Notes under the pieces: model-generated | The model's input: only the letters and a program-made list of their open reading frames with translations | What the model was told of the DNA's origin: nothing | Database searches by the model: none | Translations under genes and position numbers: made by a program | Source: a virus | Reading direction: 5' to 3' (one strand) | Virus record (IMG/VR): IMGVR_UViG_3300027798_006580 | DNA: 64,000 nt | In this document: positions 1 through 9,815 of the stretch, piece after piece | Position numbering within the stretch: position 1 is the stretch's first letter | How the letters are laid out: each line of letters begins with the position of its first letter

Positions 1-2
1 TT

Positions 3-419
3 TTACAAGACGAATTGTTGCACAAAGGCTGGACTGCATATTTGATCAATCAAGTAGTCAAAGAAGATCCACGCTTTGTAAAAGTCAAAGCAGAGTGCGA
101 ACAAGAAGTCTATGCATTGTACATGGATGTTATTCGTGAAGAAAAAGATTGGGCAACTTACTTGTTCAAGAAAGGTCCGGTTATTGGATTGAACGCTGCC
201 ATCTTAAAAGAGTTTGTTGATTACACAGCAGTATCTGCATTAAAGGATATAGGAATTAAATATCAAAGTCCTGCTCCAAAGTCAACACCTATACCTTGGT
301 TTAACAAACACAGTGACACAAGTAAAAAACAAACTGCATTGCAGGAAAATGAAAGCACCAATTATGTTATTGGTATAATGAGTGACAGCATCGATTATGA
401 TGCATTGCCAACTTTATAA
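3..419 (+). CDS. nrdB: Ribonucleotide reductase class Ia beta subunit, C-terminal part (runs off the window start)
   Basis: QDELLH iron-ligand motif, IPWF, and C-terminal QTALQENESTNY; glutaredoxin nearby. Confidence 0.92.
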   Translation, partial: LQDELLHKGWTAYLINQVVKEDPRFVKVKAECEQEVYALYMDVIREEKDWATYLFKKGPVIGLNAAILKEFVDYTAVSALKDIGIKYQSPAPKSTPIPWFNKHSDTSKKQTALQENESTNYVIGIMSDSIDYDALPTL

Positions 420-430
420 AGAAAGACATT

Positions 431-1033
431 ATGAAAATCAACGAAATAACACTGAACGAACAGGCAATAACTCAGCAAGAGTTGTCACAATTATATGTAA
501 AAGGAAAGCCAATGAGTTTTATTAAAAATACTCCTGTGGCTTTAATTCCTTTTGCAAACCTTGAAAAATTATTTGGTCCTGAAAAAGCTCAAGAAGTTGC
601 CAGCTTGGCTGGATCAGTTGATAAAACCAGTTACAGTCAAGCATATCAACAAAACGGATATGTAGTATTTCAATGGAACAGTAATGAAAATGCCCCTGAC
701 ATTTATATTGCTAATCCAGAAGTAGTATCCAGTAAATACGAAAAATTCACTGGTCAATTGCCAACTGATCCCAAAGGAAGAAGCAAAGTTCCTTCTTTGG
801 TTGTGTTAGATAAACTAGGTCTGGATGCCAGCCGTGTGCCTTTCTTCGTTAAGAAAGTCCCCACTGAAATGGTCAGTGCAGACAGTATAGGGCTCTCTGG
901 AAAAGTTATTCAAACGTCATGGGGCGAGCAAACAGTGCAACAAGGCGGGTTTATTGTAAAAGAACCAAATGGACACATTTATACTGTGGCACCTGATGCA
1001 CAGGGATTGCCTATTGGATATATTCGGGCATAA
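431..1033 (+). CDS. Hypothetical protein, PGDYG-like C-terminal region
   Basis: 200-aa ORF; QTSWGEQTVQQGGFIVKEPNGHIY segment. Confidence 0.55.
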   Translation: MKINEITLNEQAITQQELSQLYVKGKPMSFIKNTPVALIPFANLEKLFGPEKAQEVASLAGSVDKTSYSQAYQQNGYVVFQWNSNENAPDIYIANPEVVSSKYEKFTGQLPTDPKGRSKVPSLVVLDKLGLDASRVPFFVKKVPTEMVSADSIGLSGKVIQTSWGEQTVQQGGFIVKEPNGHIYTVAPDAQGLPIGYIRA

Positions 1034-1195
1034 TGAAAAAGTTAACAATACAAGAACGCATTGCCCGTGCTAACTATCACAGGAACACAATGTCTAACTT
1101 TAACTATATAAGATTACTAAAAGAAGACTATCCAAATATGACTATCACAGAATCTACTAAAATAGTCATTGATAAAATTAAACAAGGTTTATAAT

Positions 1196-1435
1196 ATGCA
1201 AGTAGAAATTTACACAAAAGATGCATGTCCATACTGCACACAAGCCAAGAACTTGTTTAAAAGCAAAGGCTGGGAGTTCACAGAACACTATATCACAGCA
1301 GAAACAAGAGAAACATTGTTAGAAAATCTAACAACAAGATTGGGATCGGCACCACGCACAGTGCCTCAAATCTTTATTGACGATCAGGCCATTGGTGGTT
1401 ATACTGATCTAGTCTCATGGTTAAAAACTCACTAA
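1196..1435 (+). CDS. Glutaredoxin
   Basis: CPYC, TVPQIFI and IGGYTDL motifs. Confidence 0.93.
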   Translation: MQVEIYTKDACPYCTQAKNLFKSKGWEFTEHYITAETRETLLENLTTRLGSAPRTVPQIFIDDQAIGGYTDLVSWLKTH

Positions 1436-1444
1436 ATATATAAT

Positions 1445-1753
1445 ATGTTAAAAGAAAACAAAATCGGACATACAGTCAGTATGAAACTAGCTAACGGTGA
1501 TGAAGTCGTTGGCAAAATCACAGGTCAAACCGCAGAAGGTCTTACTATTAGTAAACCAGTTATTTTAGCGGCCAGCAGGGATGGATTACAAATGATCCCT
1601 TTTATGATGACTGCTGAACCTAACAGTGACTTTGTGTTTAAATCACATACAATTATGTGCGTTGCAGATACTAACGAACAAGTAGCAGATGCTTATCTTG
1701 AAAGTACAACTGGAATTAAACCTGTTAGAAATTCTAGCAGTATTATAATATAA
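1445..1753 (+). CDS. Sm-like fold conserved phage protein
   Basis: VSMKLANGDEVVGKI beta-strand pattern; TAAATA box 6 nt upstream. Confidence 0.55.
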   Translation: MLKENKIGHTVSMKLANGDEVVGKITGQTAEGLTISKPVILAASRDGLQMIPFMMTAEPNSDFVFKSHTIMCVADTNEQVADAYLESTTGIKPVRNSSSIII

Positions 1754-1754
1754 T

Positions 1755-2693
1755 ATGCCACAAGTACACAGACTAACTGATCCAAATACTGCTGGTGCAC
1801 CAATCACCGTGGTAATTCAGAATTCTGTGTTTACAAATTATCTATTAACCAGTGTCAACGGAAGTCCGGTGGCAGGACATGGACCCGGTGTTCACGGCGG
1901 CCCAGTGACCGCCAATGGAAGTTCTAATGTATTCATAGAATACATACCTGTAAATAGACAGGGCGATCCGGACACCTGCGGACATCCAAGAGCAACAGGC
2001 AGTCCTGATGTATATGTCGATGACATCAACGGTGACGGTGTAGACACGGCTTCACAGATTGAACCAGGAACAATCGTAGTTGAAGGCAGAGTAATGTATG
2101 AAAATACAACTCGTGGTATTGCTGCCTTAGTCAAAGAAGAAAAGAAAGTTAGTCCCAATCTTCCTACATATCACGAAGACCCACCGACAGTTGATCAAAC
2201 TGCGCCACCACCACAACCTACACCGCCGGAAGGATGTAAAAAAAGCAAATATTTTACATTAGCAGATAGTAAGATGCCAATAGAAGCGCAAATGGGTTTA
2301 ACTAAACAACAAATAGAATGTAATTGGATTGCACTATGCACTAACATACTAGATCCTTTACGTGACGCAGGAGTTAATTTTAACATTAACAGCGCATTTA
2401 GAACATTGGCTTATAACAGAAGCATAGGTAGCTCTGACAAAAGTGATCATACCATTGGCTGTGCTGCCGATTTAACTGTTGGTAGTAGTAGAGCCAATGT
2501 TAAATTATTGAACAACGTATTGAATAAACTTCCTTATTCGCAGTTAATATATGAAGGCAACTGGGTTCATGTGGCATATAGCGGACATGGTCCAAAAGGT
2601 GATGCTAAAGTAATGTATACTTACACTGGAGCAAGACCGATAGCGGCAGGCGCCACTGGTAATAGATTACCTAGAGATTTGAGACTAGCATAA
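1755..2693 (+). CDS. PAAR (gp5.4-like) spike-tip protein fused to a peptidase M15 domain
   Basis: N-terminal GSSNVFI..PVNRQGD..CGH..ATGSPDVYV; C-terminal INSAFR..SDHTIGCAAD..WVHVAY. Confidence 0.8.
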   Translation: MPQVHRLTDPNTAGAPITVVIQNSVFTNYLLTSVNGSPVAGHGPGVHGGPVTANGSSNVFIEYIPVNRQGDPDTCGHPRATGSPDVYVDDINGDGVDTASQIEPGTIVVEGRVMYENTTRGIAALVKEEKKVSPNLPTYHEDPPTVDQTAPPPQPTPPEGCKKSKYFTLADSKMPIEAQMGLTKQQIECNWIALCTNILDPLRDAGVNFNINSAFRTLAYNRSIGSSDKSDHTIGCAADLTVGSSRANVKLLNNVLNKLPYSQLIYEGNWVHVAYSGHGPKGDAKVMYTYTGARPIAAGATGNRLPRDLRLA

Positions 2694-2694
2694 C

Positions 2695-4851
2695 ATGGCA
2701 ACAAGTCCCTTAAAAATAACTTTTCCTACTAACCTTCCTAAGAACGAAAAAGATCTTATCTGTATGCTACTTGCTGGCAGATTAAAAGATCTACTTAATG
2801 GACGCTTGGTATGTGCTCAACTTGCCATAGATGATTTAATCAAAGATGCAACCGGAGTCAGTGCATTGGGCTCACTGCGTGATTCTCTTGTCGGAATGAA
2901 ATCTGCAATTGACAGAATGAAATCTGCAACGGGCTACGACAAGATATTACAAGGTGTGAATCAAGCACTGGGTCAAGTCAATAATGTATTCAGCTTAGGA
3001 GGACTGTGCCCCAGCCCAATTCGTGCTCCGATGATACCAGACTTGTTGGGGCAGTTAAATACAAATCTATTTGGCCAAGGACTTAATATTTTAAATGCAT
3101 TGGGCAAGGTCAGTAACCCTAGCATGTGTTTGGGAGGCGGCCCCGGCGGCTTTGGTATCAATTGGAACAGTATGCCAGGCGACTTAAGAAATCTTAAAAA
3201 TGCAATCAAGCAAGCAGGTAATACACCATCTGCTACTATTAATGCTTTTAATCAAAATTTAAAATCACAGACATCTAGATTAAAATCAGAAGTAAAAAGA
3301 CTAGAACAAAATTTAGCAGATCCATTGGGACTAAACAATAAACTTAATACAGCAAGAAATTTGCAACGTGCTAAGAGTGTCAGCGATGGGTATCCAGTAA
3401 AAGACAGTCGCGGCATTCTTCACGACAACGTTTTGAAAACAATGGTGTCTGCTGACATAGAATCAACAATAGACAATGGAGATCGAACTCCAATTAAGTA
3501 TGTGACTAAACCAATTCTTGATTATTGCGGAGTTGTAATAGGCTATGAAAAAGTAGCAGTCACTGGTGATCCAGCGTATATAGGGTGGGACCCAAATGGA
3601 GATCCTAGTCTCAACACAGATCATCCAACCGTTAATCCCGTTGCAGGTTATGCCAGCTTTAAATATACGTTTAAGCAAGAAGGCAACACAGTCCGGGTCT
3701 ATGATAGCACAGGAACAGTGGTCACCGATTTGTCTTTGTCTAGGGGCGTTGCTTACAGACTTAGTTTTGAATTAACTAACAAAGAAATTCAATTTTATTC
3801 TGACCCTGCTTATACAACAGTATGGACAGAAGGTTTAACTTACAGTAGAAATCCAGAATATGGTACAGACATGGAAATTATAACTCCTGATAGTACAACG
3901 ACGTTTGTCAGAGGAGAACTAGATTGGGCAGTATTAATAGAAAATCCAACAACACCAAATACCGTTTATTGGAAAACTAATAACAATAGTTCTGCCGGCA
4001 GTTTTGTTATCACAGGTGAAACTTCAATCCCATTGGCAGACAGAACATATGACGTATCAATGGCAGTTAAAAAAGCCAGCCTACATTTAGTAAACGTTCC
4101 GGCAAGCTCTGCTATTCCTGTAAACTACGAAAACTTTTTAGGATCATCTACCTCGTTTACTACGACAAGAACATATAACACAGTAACAACAATATATGAT
4201 GTAAATGGTAATTCAACAGGAAGTAGATCATCTTCGATGTCATTTACAGTTAAAGAAGATATAGAAACCAGCGATGAATTAGGAAATACCGATTCAAATA
4301 ATAAAGTAATTAAATCTATAACAAGATTCAACCCTTCGAGATTCGAAACATCGTCTTATTTAATAACCAAACGTTATGTAAGCATAGAAAATGGACTAGA
4401 GTATACACAAATTTATTTTTATATGTCTCCAAGTCAAAACGAAATTGATGCCACATATTGTATTTTATTAAAATTTGATAATCCCATTACCATTTTAAAT
4501 TCTTCTAAATTGCCGTACACTGATAATTATTCATATAAACTGACTAGATTAAAAAAATCTGGCACCGAGTTTATTCCAGCAACCACACCAATTTCAAATT
4601 CAGATGAAACCTCATTTGAATTAGTGCAATCTAATGGGAGAGAATTTATTAGATGGAATCTTACTTCGTTTAATGAATCTGACAAAGCAACTGTTCCTAA
4701 AAATGAATTTATATTTCAAACTGATATAGAAATAGATTCTTCTGATCTTTCACGAACTTTTATTATTTCTAATCCCAGAGAATATAGAACATATTTTTAT
4801 TTTAAATTCGGCGACGGAGCCGCCATTGAATCTACTATCACATTAATATAA
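2695..4851 (+). CDS. Putative virion (baseplate/tail) protein
   Basis: 718 aa, Ser/Thr-rich C-terminal half, directly after the PAAR gene. Confidence 0.5.
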   Translation: MATSPLKITFPTNLPKNEKDLICMLLAGRLKDLLNGRLVCAQLAIDDLIKDATGVSALGSLRDSLVGMKSAIDRMKSATGYDKILQGVNQALGQVNNVFSLGGLCPSPIRAPMIPDLLGQLNTNLFGQGLNILNALGKVSNPSMCLGGGPGGFGINWNSMPGDLRNLKNAIKQAGNTPSATINAFNQNLKSQTSRLKSEVKRLEQNLADPLGLNNKLNTARNLQRAKSVSDGYPVKDSRGILHDNVLKTMVSADIESTIDNGDRTPIKYVTKPILDYCGVVIGYEKVAVTGDPAYIGWDPNGDPSLNTDHPTVNPVAGYASFKYTFKQEGNTVRVYDSTGTVVTDLSLSRGVAYRLSFELTNKEIQFYSDPAYTTVWTEGLTYSRNPEYGTDMEIITPDSTTTFVRGELDWAVLIENPTTPNTVYWKTNNNSSAGSFVITGETSIPLADRTYDVSMAVKKASLHLVNVPASSAIPVNYENFLGSSTSFTTTRTYNTVTTIYDVNGNSTGSRSSSMSFTVKEDIETSDELGNTDSNNKVIKSITRFNPSRFETSSYLITKRYVSIENGLEYTQIYFYMSPSQNEIDATYCILLKFDNPITILNSSKLPYTDNYSYKLTRLKKSGTEFIPATTPISNSDETSFELVQSNGREFIRWNLTSFNESDKATVPKNEFIFQTDIEIDSSDLSRTFIISNPREYRTYFYFKFGDGAAIESTITLI

Positions 4852-4852
4852 T

Positions 4853-5269
4853 ATGGCACAAACACCAATTACATCAGCATTTATTCCACCGGGCCCTGAT
4901 AAAGCAAATATAAAAAGTATTGAAAAGAACTTCAATGAGTTATACGATTCATTAAAATGGAAAGAACTTCTCAATACTGCATTTAATGTCAAGATTGCCG
5001 GCGCTACTTTCACATTACCCAACACTTGGAAAGAAATAAAAGATGATTATGCAGAAGTTTATTTTTGTGTCAAAGGACTAAGCGACCGCCAACATACTAT
5101 CATTGTTCCAACTGATATGATTAACAAACTAAATGCCAGTGCTATTTTTAATTTGGCCAGCGGCAGTGATGCTTCGATGTTTGTTACACTGGGTGGATTA
5201 ACTAGTAAAATCGGAACAATCAAATCATCTGTAAATGGATCAACAAGATTGATTATTTTGGCAAGATAA
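4853..5269 (+). CDS. Hypothetical protein, probably virion-associated
   Basis: ORF tightly coupled to the preceding gene. Confidence 0.55.
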   Translation: MAQTPITSAFIPPGPDKANIKSIEKNFNELYDSLKWKELLNTAFNVKIAGATFTLPNTWKEIKDDYAEVYFCVKGLSDRQHTIIVPTDMINKLNASAIFNLASGSDASMFVTLGGLTSKIGTIKSSVNGSTRLIILAR

Positions 5270-5272
5270 TCA

Positions 5273-5301
5273 TTGACATAAAGTCAAACTTAGTATATAA
5301 T
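5273..5301 (+). promoter_or_regulatory. sigma70-type promoter
   Basis: TTGACA-17 nt-TATAAT followed by AGGAG RBS. Confidence 0.85.
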
Positions 5302-5322
5302 TAAGCAATAGGAGTAATTCCA

Positions 5323-5796
5323 ATGCTTGAACAAATTGCCAAATTTCTTACCAAAATTGGTAGACAACGTATTATTTTAGACCGAGAAAGTAATGAACCG
5401 TATTTGGAACGTTACTACATCTTCCTTAAAGATAGAACATGGTTTCCATTCAACATCTTTCTACATAAATTTTTAAAATCTGATCCGGATGATGTTCATG
5501 ATCATCCGTGGCCCTATGCCTCCCTGATACTTAAAGGCGGATATTGGGAATGGATCCCTAATTTTGATACTGTAGGAAGAAAAATCGGAGAAGTTCAAAC
5601 ATGGCGCGGGCCGGGCAGTTTTAGAGTCTGTAAAGCAACAAGCTATCATCGTATTGAACTTGATCCTGACATAACAGCCTGGACCTTGTTTATACCCGGC
5701 CCCCAAAAACGTGAATGGGGATTTTTAGTTAACAATAAATGGATACACAATGACGAATACATTAAACAACGTACTGCTACAGCCTCCAAGCAGTGA
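5323..5796 (+). CDS. Cupin-fold protein
   Basis: HDHPW..GGYWE..YHRIEL..WTLF. Confidence 0.75.
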   Translation: MLEQIAKFLTKIGRQRIILDRESNEPYLERYYIFLKDRTWFPFNIFLHKFLKSDPDDVHDHPWPYASLILKGGYWEWIPNFDTVGRKIGEVQTWRGPGSFRVCKATSYHRIELDPDITAWTLFIPGPQKREWGFLVNNKWIHNDEYIKQRTATASKQ

Positions 5797-6091
5797 ATGG
5801 ACAGAAAAACAAGTAGCTACATTTCGTAGTTGGTTAGTGGGAATGTTACAGACAGGTCCAGTAACTGTTACTTTTAATAAAAAAGATGGTGCAGAACGTG
5901 TAATGACTTGCAGTCTGCAACCAGAATTATTGCCACCTGTGCCTGTACGCGAATCTAATACCAACAATCCCATTGACTTTACAAAAGTTAAAAAAGAAAA
6001 TCTAAATATTATTTCAGTATATGATTTAGAAGCAACGGCTTGGCGGAGTTTTACAGTTAAGAACGTTACTAATGTGACATTAAAATTATGA
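5750..6091 (+). CDS. WYL-like (DUF2693-type) conserved phage protein
   Basis: VTFNKKDGAERVM..VYDLEATAWRSF. Confidence 0.7.
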   Translation: MTNTLNNVLLQPPSSEWTEKQVATFRSWLVGMLQTGPVTVTFNKKDGAERVMTCSLQPELLPPVPVRESNTNNPIDFTKVKKENLNIISVYDLEATAWRSFTVKNVTNVTLKL

Positions 6092-6540
6092 AAAGATATT
6101 ATTTTGCCTACGGCATGAACACTAACATTGGCGAAATGACAAGTCGTTGTCCCCAGGCCATCAATCTCGGTCGTTGTACATTAGCTGGCTTTGAATTAAA
6201 GTTTCGACTTCACGCTGACATTGACGAAGTTGTGGGCAGTGAAATGGAAGGTGTGCTTTGGGATATCACTGAAGAATGTGAACAAGCACTGGATCGTTTG
6301 GAAGGATATCCTTTTTACTATGATAAAATTGAAGTCGTAGTTATACCAGACATGCCAGTTAATACCAATACACTTATTTGTGCCATGGCTTATATTATGA
6401 GCACTAAAGGTGCAGAAGAAGCTCCTAGTACTGGCTACGAAGATTGTTTGATTGAGGGCTATACAGCAAATGGATTAGATGTCAAAAGGTTGACAAAAAA
6501 GGTCGATTCCCTTATAATTAATCAAATAGGCTATGTATAA
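6088..6540 (+). CDS. Gamma-glutamylcyclotransferase family protein
   Basis: YFAYGMN..GVLW..LDRLEGYP. Confidence 0.85.
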   Translation: MKRYYFAYGMNTNIGEMTSRCPQAINLGRCTLAGFELKFRLHADIDEVVGSEMEGVLWDITEECEQALDRLEGYPFYYDKIEVVVIPDMPVNTNTLICAMAYIMSTKGAEEAPSTGYEDCLIEGYTANGLDVKRLTKKVDSLIINQIGYV

Positions 6541-6835
6541 ACAAGACAGCGTCCGTCAAGTGTTAATGGATTATAAGATAACTATTACTGGCAATAAAGT
6601 AAAGCGTCAGTACAATGCAAATCCATTTACACATATTACAAGTTGGGATGATCCTGTTTTTTATAAACAAGAAGAAGAAGAACATGTTCCTATGATTATT
6701 ACAGAGATGCCAGAACGAGAATTTACAACAATGGCAGATACATTGTGTGAATTTAAAGATTTGATGAGAGATCCAGAAACAGCTAAACTGTTAATGGAAG
6801 CAAGATTTATAAATAGATTAAAAGGAAACAGATAA
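6533..6835 (+). CDS. Hypothetical protein
   Basis: ORF overlapping its neighbours in the operon. Confidence 0.6.
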   Translation: MYKQDSVRQVLMDYKITITGNKVKRQYNANPFTHITSWDDPVFYKQEEEEHVPMIITEMPEREFTTMADTLCEFKDLMRDPETAKLLMEARFINRLKGNR

Positions 6836-6836
6836 T

Positions 6837-7679
6837 ATGGCACAACATTCACGCTACTGGAGTTGCACTCCTTTTGCAGATTGGATTCGCGGCACTAAAA
6901 AACTCAGCGCAGGCACAGCAGAAGAATGGGATGACTGGACAACAGCCGCACAGATGAAGCACAATTTTCGCTATTGGTTAGCGGAAGAAGCACTTGGGCA
7001 CATCCAAGATTTTGTAACATGGCCTATAAGGAAAATTTATGATATTAAGTACTACATTAACAACCGTTTTGTTACCCGCACTCATAGCCTTACCGCTCAT
7101 CCCCGGGATATTAAGCCTGGCCAGTGGCAAGACGTGGGGAACCGCTTTTTGCCTTGCTTATTCAATGAGCTTGTTGATTTTGTTGAAGTAGAATCAGCAT
7201 GGAGTCATATTGCGTGGGGAGACAAAGAAGCCCGTGCCAAGTACGATCCTCCGTTTTGGGCCAGTGGTTGGTGGCGTTGGCGTACATGGCGTTGCCCACA
7301 AGCAGGCGTAGATCATCTTGACTGGGCTATGACTTTGACCAACAGCGATTGGTGTAAGCCGGAAGATCCTGAATACGGCAAGCCAACTGGTCAAGCAATA
7401 CGTGCCAAAGAGATTAAAGAGCTTTACATATGGTGGACCACCGTGTATCCTAATCGTCCTGATCCACATGATGCCAGTGGGTGGAGTGACTATTGCGAAG
7501 CAAGTCGTATTGCCAACGGCGGCAAGTTAAGTTGGTCGGGTACTGACAAGAGTCCTGAGCTCAAAGCTATGAGCGATAAATCACACAAGCTTCTACAGGA
7601 AATAGAGTCAGCCTACGAAGCAGAAGACGAAGCCATGATGATCCGTTTGATTAAAGCAAGAGATAGTCTATGGACATAA
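6837..7679 (+). CDS. Trp-rich hypothetical phage protein
   Basis: 280-aa ORF. Confidence 0.7.
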   Translation: MAQHSRYWSCTPFADWIRGTKKLSAGTAEEWDDWTTAAQMKHNFRYWLAEEALGHIQDFVTWPIRKIYDIKYYINNRFVTRTHSLTAHPRDIKPGQWQDVGNRFLPCLFNELVDFVEVESAWSHIAWGDKEARAKYDPPFWASGWWRWRTWRCPQAGVDHLDWAMTLTNSDWCKPEDPEYGKPTGQAIRAKEIKELYIWWTTVYPNRPDPHDASGWSDYCEASRIANGGKLSWSGTDKSPELKAMSDKSHKLLQEIESAYEAEDEAMMIRLIKARDSLWT

Positions 7680-7872
7680 ATCCAAATTATTGTAAGTGCG
7701 GTAATAAAAGGAAATATTCCGATCAATATGATGCATACTACTGTGATTCTTGTAATAAATGGCTAGAAGCAAAATGTAACCATTCAGAATGCGAATATTG
7801 TCCAAATCGACCTGAAAAACCTGTCAACGAAACTATAACCTAAAACGTTAAATATATAACAAGGAGATAATT

Positions 7873-8187
7873 ATGAAAAAATTATTCATCACTCTGGCAT
7901 TGGCCTGTGCTACATTGCCCGCATTGGCACAACATCATGGCCACGGCTTTCGTCACCATGGACATCACAATCACCACTACAGACATCCTGGATATGGCAA
8001 CTGGGTAGCACCGTTAATTATTGGCGGCGCCATTGGTTATACATTGACTAGACCAGAACCTGTGATCATACAGCAACCAATATATATCGAACAGCAACCA
8101 ATGCCATTAAATCAAAATTGTGGACCGTGGAAAGAAGTCTGGACTTCTGATGGTAAAATATATAGAGAAAGAACTTGCACTAACTAA
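7873..8187 (+). CDS. His-rich exported/membrane protein
   Basis: Signal peptide, His-rich tract, GG-containing hydrophobic segment; AAGGAG RBS. Confidence 0.7.
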   Translation: MKKLFITLALACATLPALAQHHGHGFRHHGHHNHHYRHPGYGNWVAPLIIGGAIGYTLTRPEPVIIQQPIYIEQQPMPLNQNCGPWKEVWTSDGKIYRERTCTN

Positions 8188-8225
8188 TACTGATGTATAA
8201 CTAAACTATCCTCTAAGAACATTTT

Positions 8226-8471
8226 ATGAAAACAATTATTTTACTAACAGCAATTTTACTATCGGGGTGTAGTTCACTGAACGCAGTACTGTATAACAGT
8301 GCCAATGCTTGTTTAGAAGCACAGAAATCAATTAGTAAAGATTCTGCGATGACAGAAATTGCAAGATTAAATGCAATACAAGAAATAGCAAAAACTGCCA
8401 ACGACGAAACTAAAAGAACACTGTCGTCTCTAATAAATAATAAACGACAAACTGATATTATATGTAAATAA
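8226..8471 (+). CDS. Small lipoprotein
   Basis: Lipobox LSGC. Confidence 0.65.
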   Translation: MKTIILLTAILLSGCSSLNAVLYNSANACLEAQKSISKDSAMTEIARLNAIQEIAKTANDETKRTLSSLINNKRQTDIICK

Positions 8472-8477
8472 TAGTTA

Positions 8478-8815
8478 AGACTGTATGAAGTAGATTGAAA
8501 CGTGTCCTGGACGGGGGTGCGAGTCCCCCCAGGTCCACCATAAGGAGACTGTATGGATCCTGAAGTAAAATACCAATATGTATGTGGAATATTGAGTGTG
8601 ATTATTTTGGTATTTTTTATATTCTTTTTATGATGGGCCTGACATAGATTCGACAGGGCAAAGAGTAATGAAATGGACAGTCCGGCAATGTAGAAGCCGT
8701 TAGGATTGGGGCGACCCGGTCGAAGAAGCAAAACAAAGTAAACGCAAACGACTCACAGTTCGCATTAGCTGCCTAAACTCAGCTTAGGGTAAGACATACC
8801 TCGTAACAGAAAATC
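8478..8815 (+). ncRNA. ssrA: Circularly permuted two-piece tmRNA
   Basis: Acceptor piece ending CAGGTCC-A-CCA at 8540 precedes the 5' end GGGCCTGACATAGATTCGAC at 8635; G3-U70 pair; tag ANDSQFALAA* at 8744-8776; outer ends approximate. Confidence 0.92.
8553..8633 (+). CDS. 26-aa hydrophobic mini-ORF inside the tmRNA intervening segment
   Basis: AAGGAG RBS then MDPEVKYQYVCGILSVIILVFFIFFL*. Confidence 0.45.
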   Translation: MDPEVKYQYVCGILSVIILVFFIFFL

Positions 8816-8845
8816 AGAAACCCGCTTCGGCGGGTTTTCTTTTCT
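8816..8845 (+). terminator. Rho-independent terminator
   Basis: AAACCCGC-TTCG-GCGGGTTT plus T tract. Confidence 0.9.
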
Positions 8846-8894
8846 AATTAATTATAAAAATTTTAAAGAGTTCTTCACTGAGGCAGATGTATTG

Positions 8895-9779
8895 TCAGTT
8901 CGGGGAATCGTTGATTATCTCACTACTGCAATAGTATTTGCCACCGGTGGTCAGCAAATCGCTGATTAACTGATCCAAAGGTACACTAATGAAATCTTTT
9001 CTGTAAGTATGTCTTGGACCTTGTATTACATAGTCTATGTTTTCTGCACCAGACATTTTTGGAAAATATATTAAATCTTTACCCCAATACTTTCCATAAT
9101 ACATGCCCTTGATAAAAGAGTCCCACCAACTGATATTACGTACTCCCTGTTTTGTGTATAGTCCATGAGCATTAATAAATGCTGTCATTATATCATCTTT
9201 AACTGTACTTACAACAACTTCGCTGGTTTTGTCAAATAATATATATTCAGCGGTTCTACCCAAAGTGTCTCCTGCACGTTTTCGTGACATTTCAAAAGTA
9301 TGATAACCTTCATAAAAATGTGCAATACCTTTAACAAAGGTTATAAAAGGGCCGTCTCCGCCTTGCAAAAAGTTTACATCAGGTAATTGGCTGAGAAACT
9401 TACTATGAATTATTTGAAATGGCGGAATATTTAAATTTTTACTGATGTCAAGTATTTCTTCTTTACAGGCCATGGGATCAATGTCAATGATATGTGATTT
9501 AAACTGCCAAGCACGTTCCAATTTTTTTAAATTATTAAACTCAATATCATTGTAACCTGGCATATAAAGAAATGCAGTTTCAATTTTAATACCTTGATCC
9601 ATAAAACTTCTCAACGCGGCTTGACTATCAACACCAGAGCTAATACCTAATATAAGTTTGTCACCAAGGGCAATTATGTCTCTGGCTCGACGATTATACT
9701 CTTCTCGAAGATTGCCCACTTCCCACTGACATTGGTCGTATTCGATGTAAAATCCTTCACTGTCTGTGTTGAATTGCAT
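8895..9779 (-). CDS. PP-loop (adenine nucleotide alpha-hydrolase) family protein
   Basis: LILGISSGVDSQ. Confidence 0.7.
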   Translation of the reverse strand: MQFNTDSEGFYIEYDQCQWEVGNLREEYNRRARDIIALGDKLILGISSGVDSQAALRSFMDQGIKIETAFLYMPGYNDIEFNNLKKLERAWQFKSHIIDIDPMACKEEILDISKNLNIPPFQIIHSKFLSQLPDVNFLQGGDGPFITFVKGIAHFYEGYHTFEMSRKRAGDTLGRTAEYILFDKTSEVVVSTVKDDIMTAFINAHGLYTKQGVRNISWWDSFIKGMYYGKYWGKDLIYFPKMSGAENIDYVIQGPRHTYRKDFISVPLDQLISDLLTTGGKYYCSSEIINDSPN

Positions 9780-9815
9780 ATTGTATATTGCCTTAATAAA
9801 TACATATTTATTACT

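Noticed and set aside
8213-8731. 172-aa minus-strand ORF
   Set aside because: Antisense shadow of the lipoprotein gene and tmRNA
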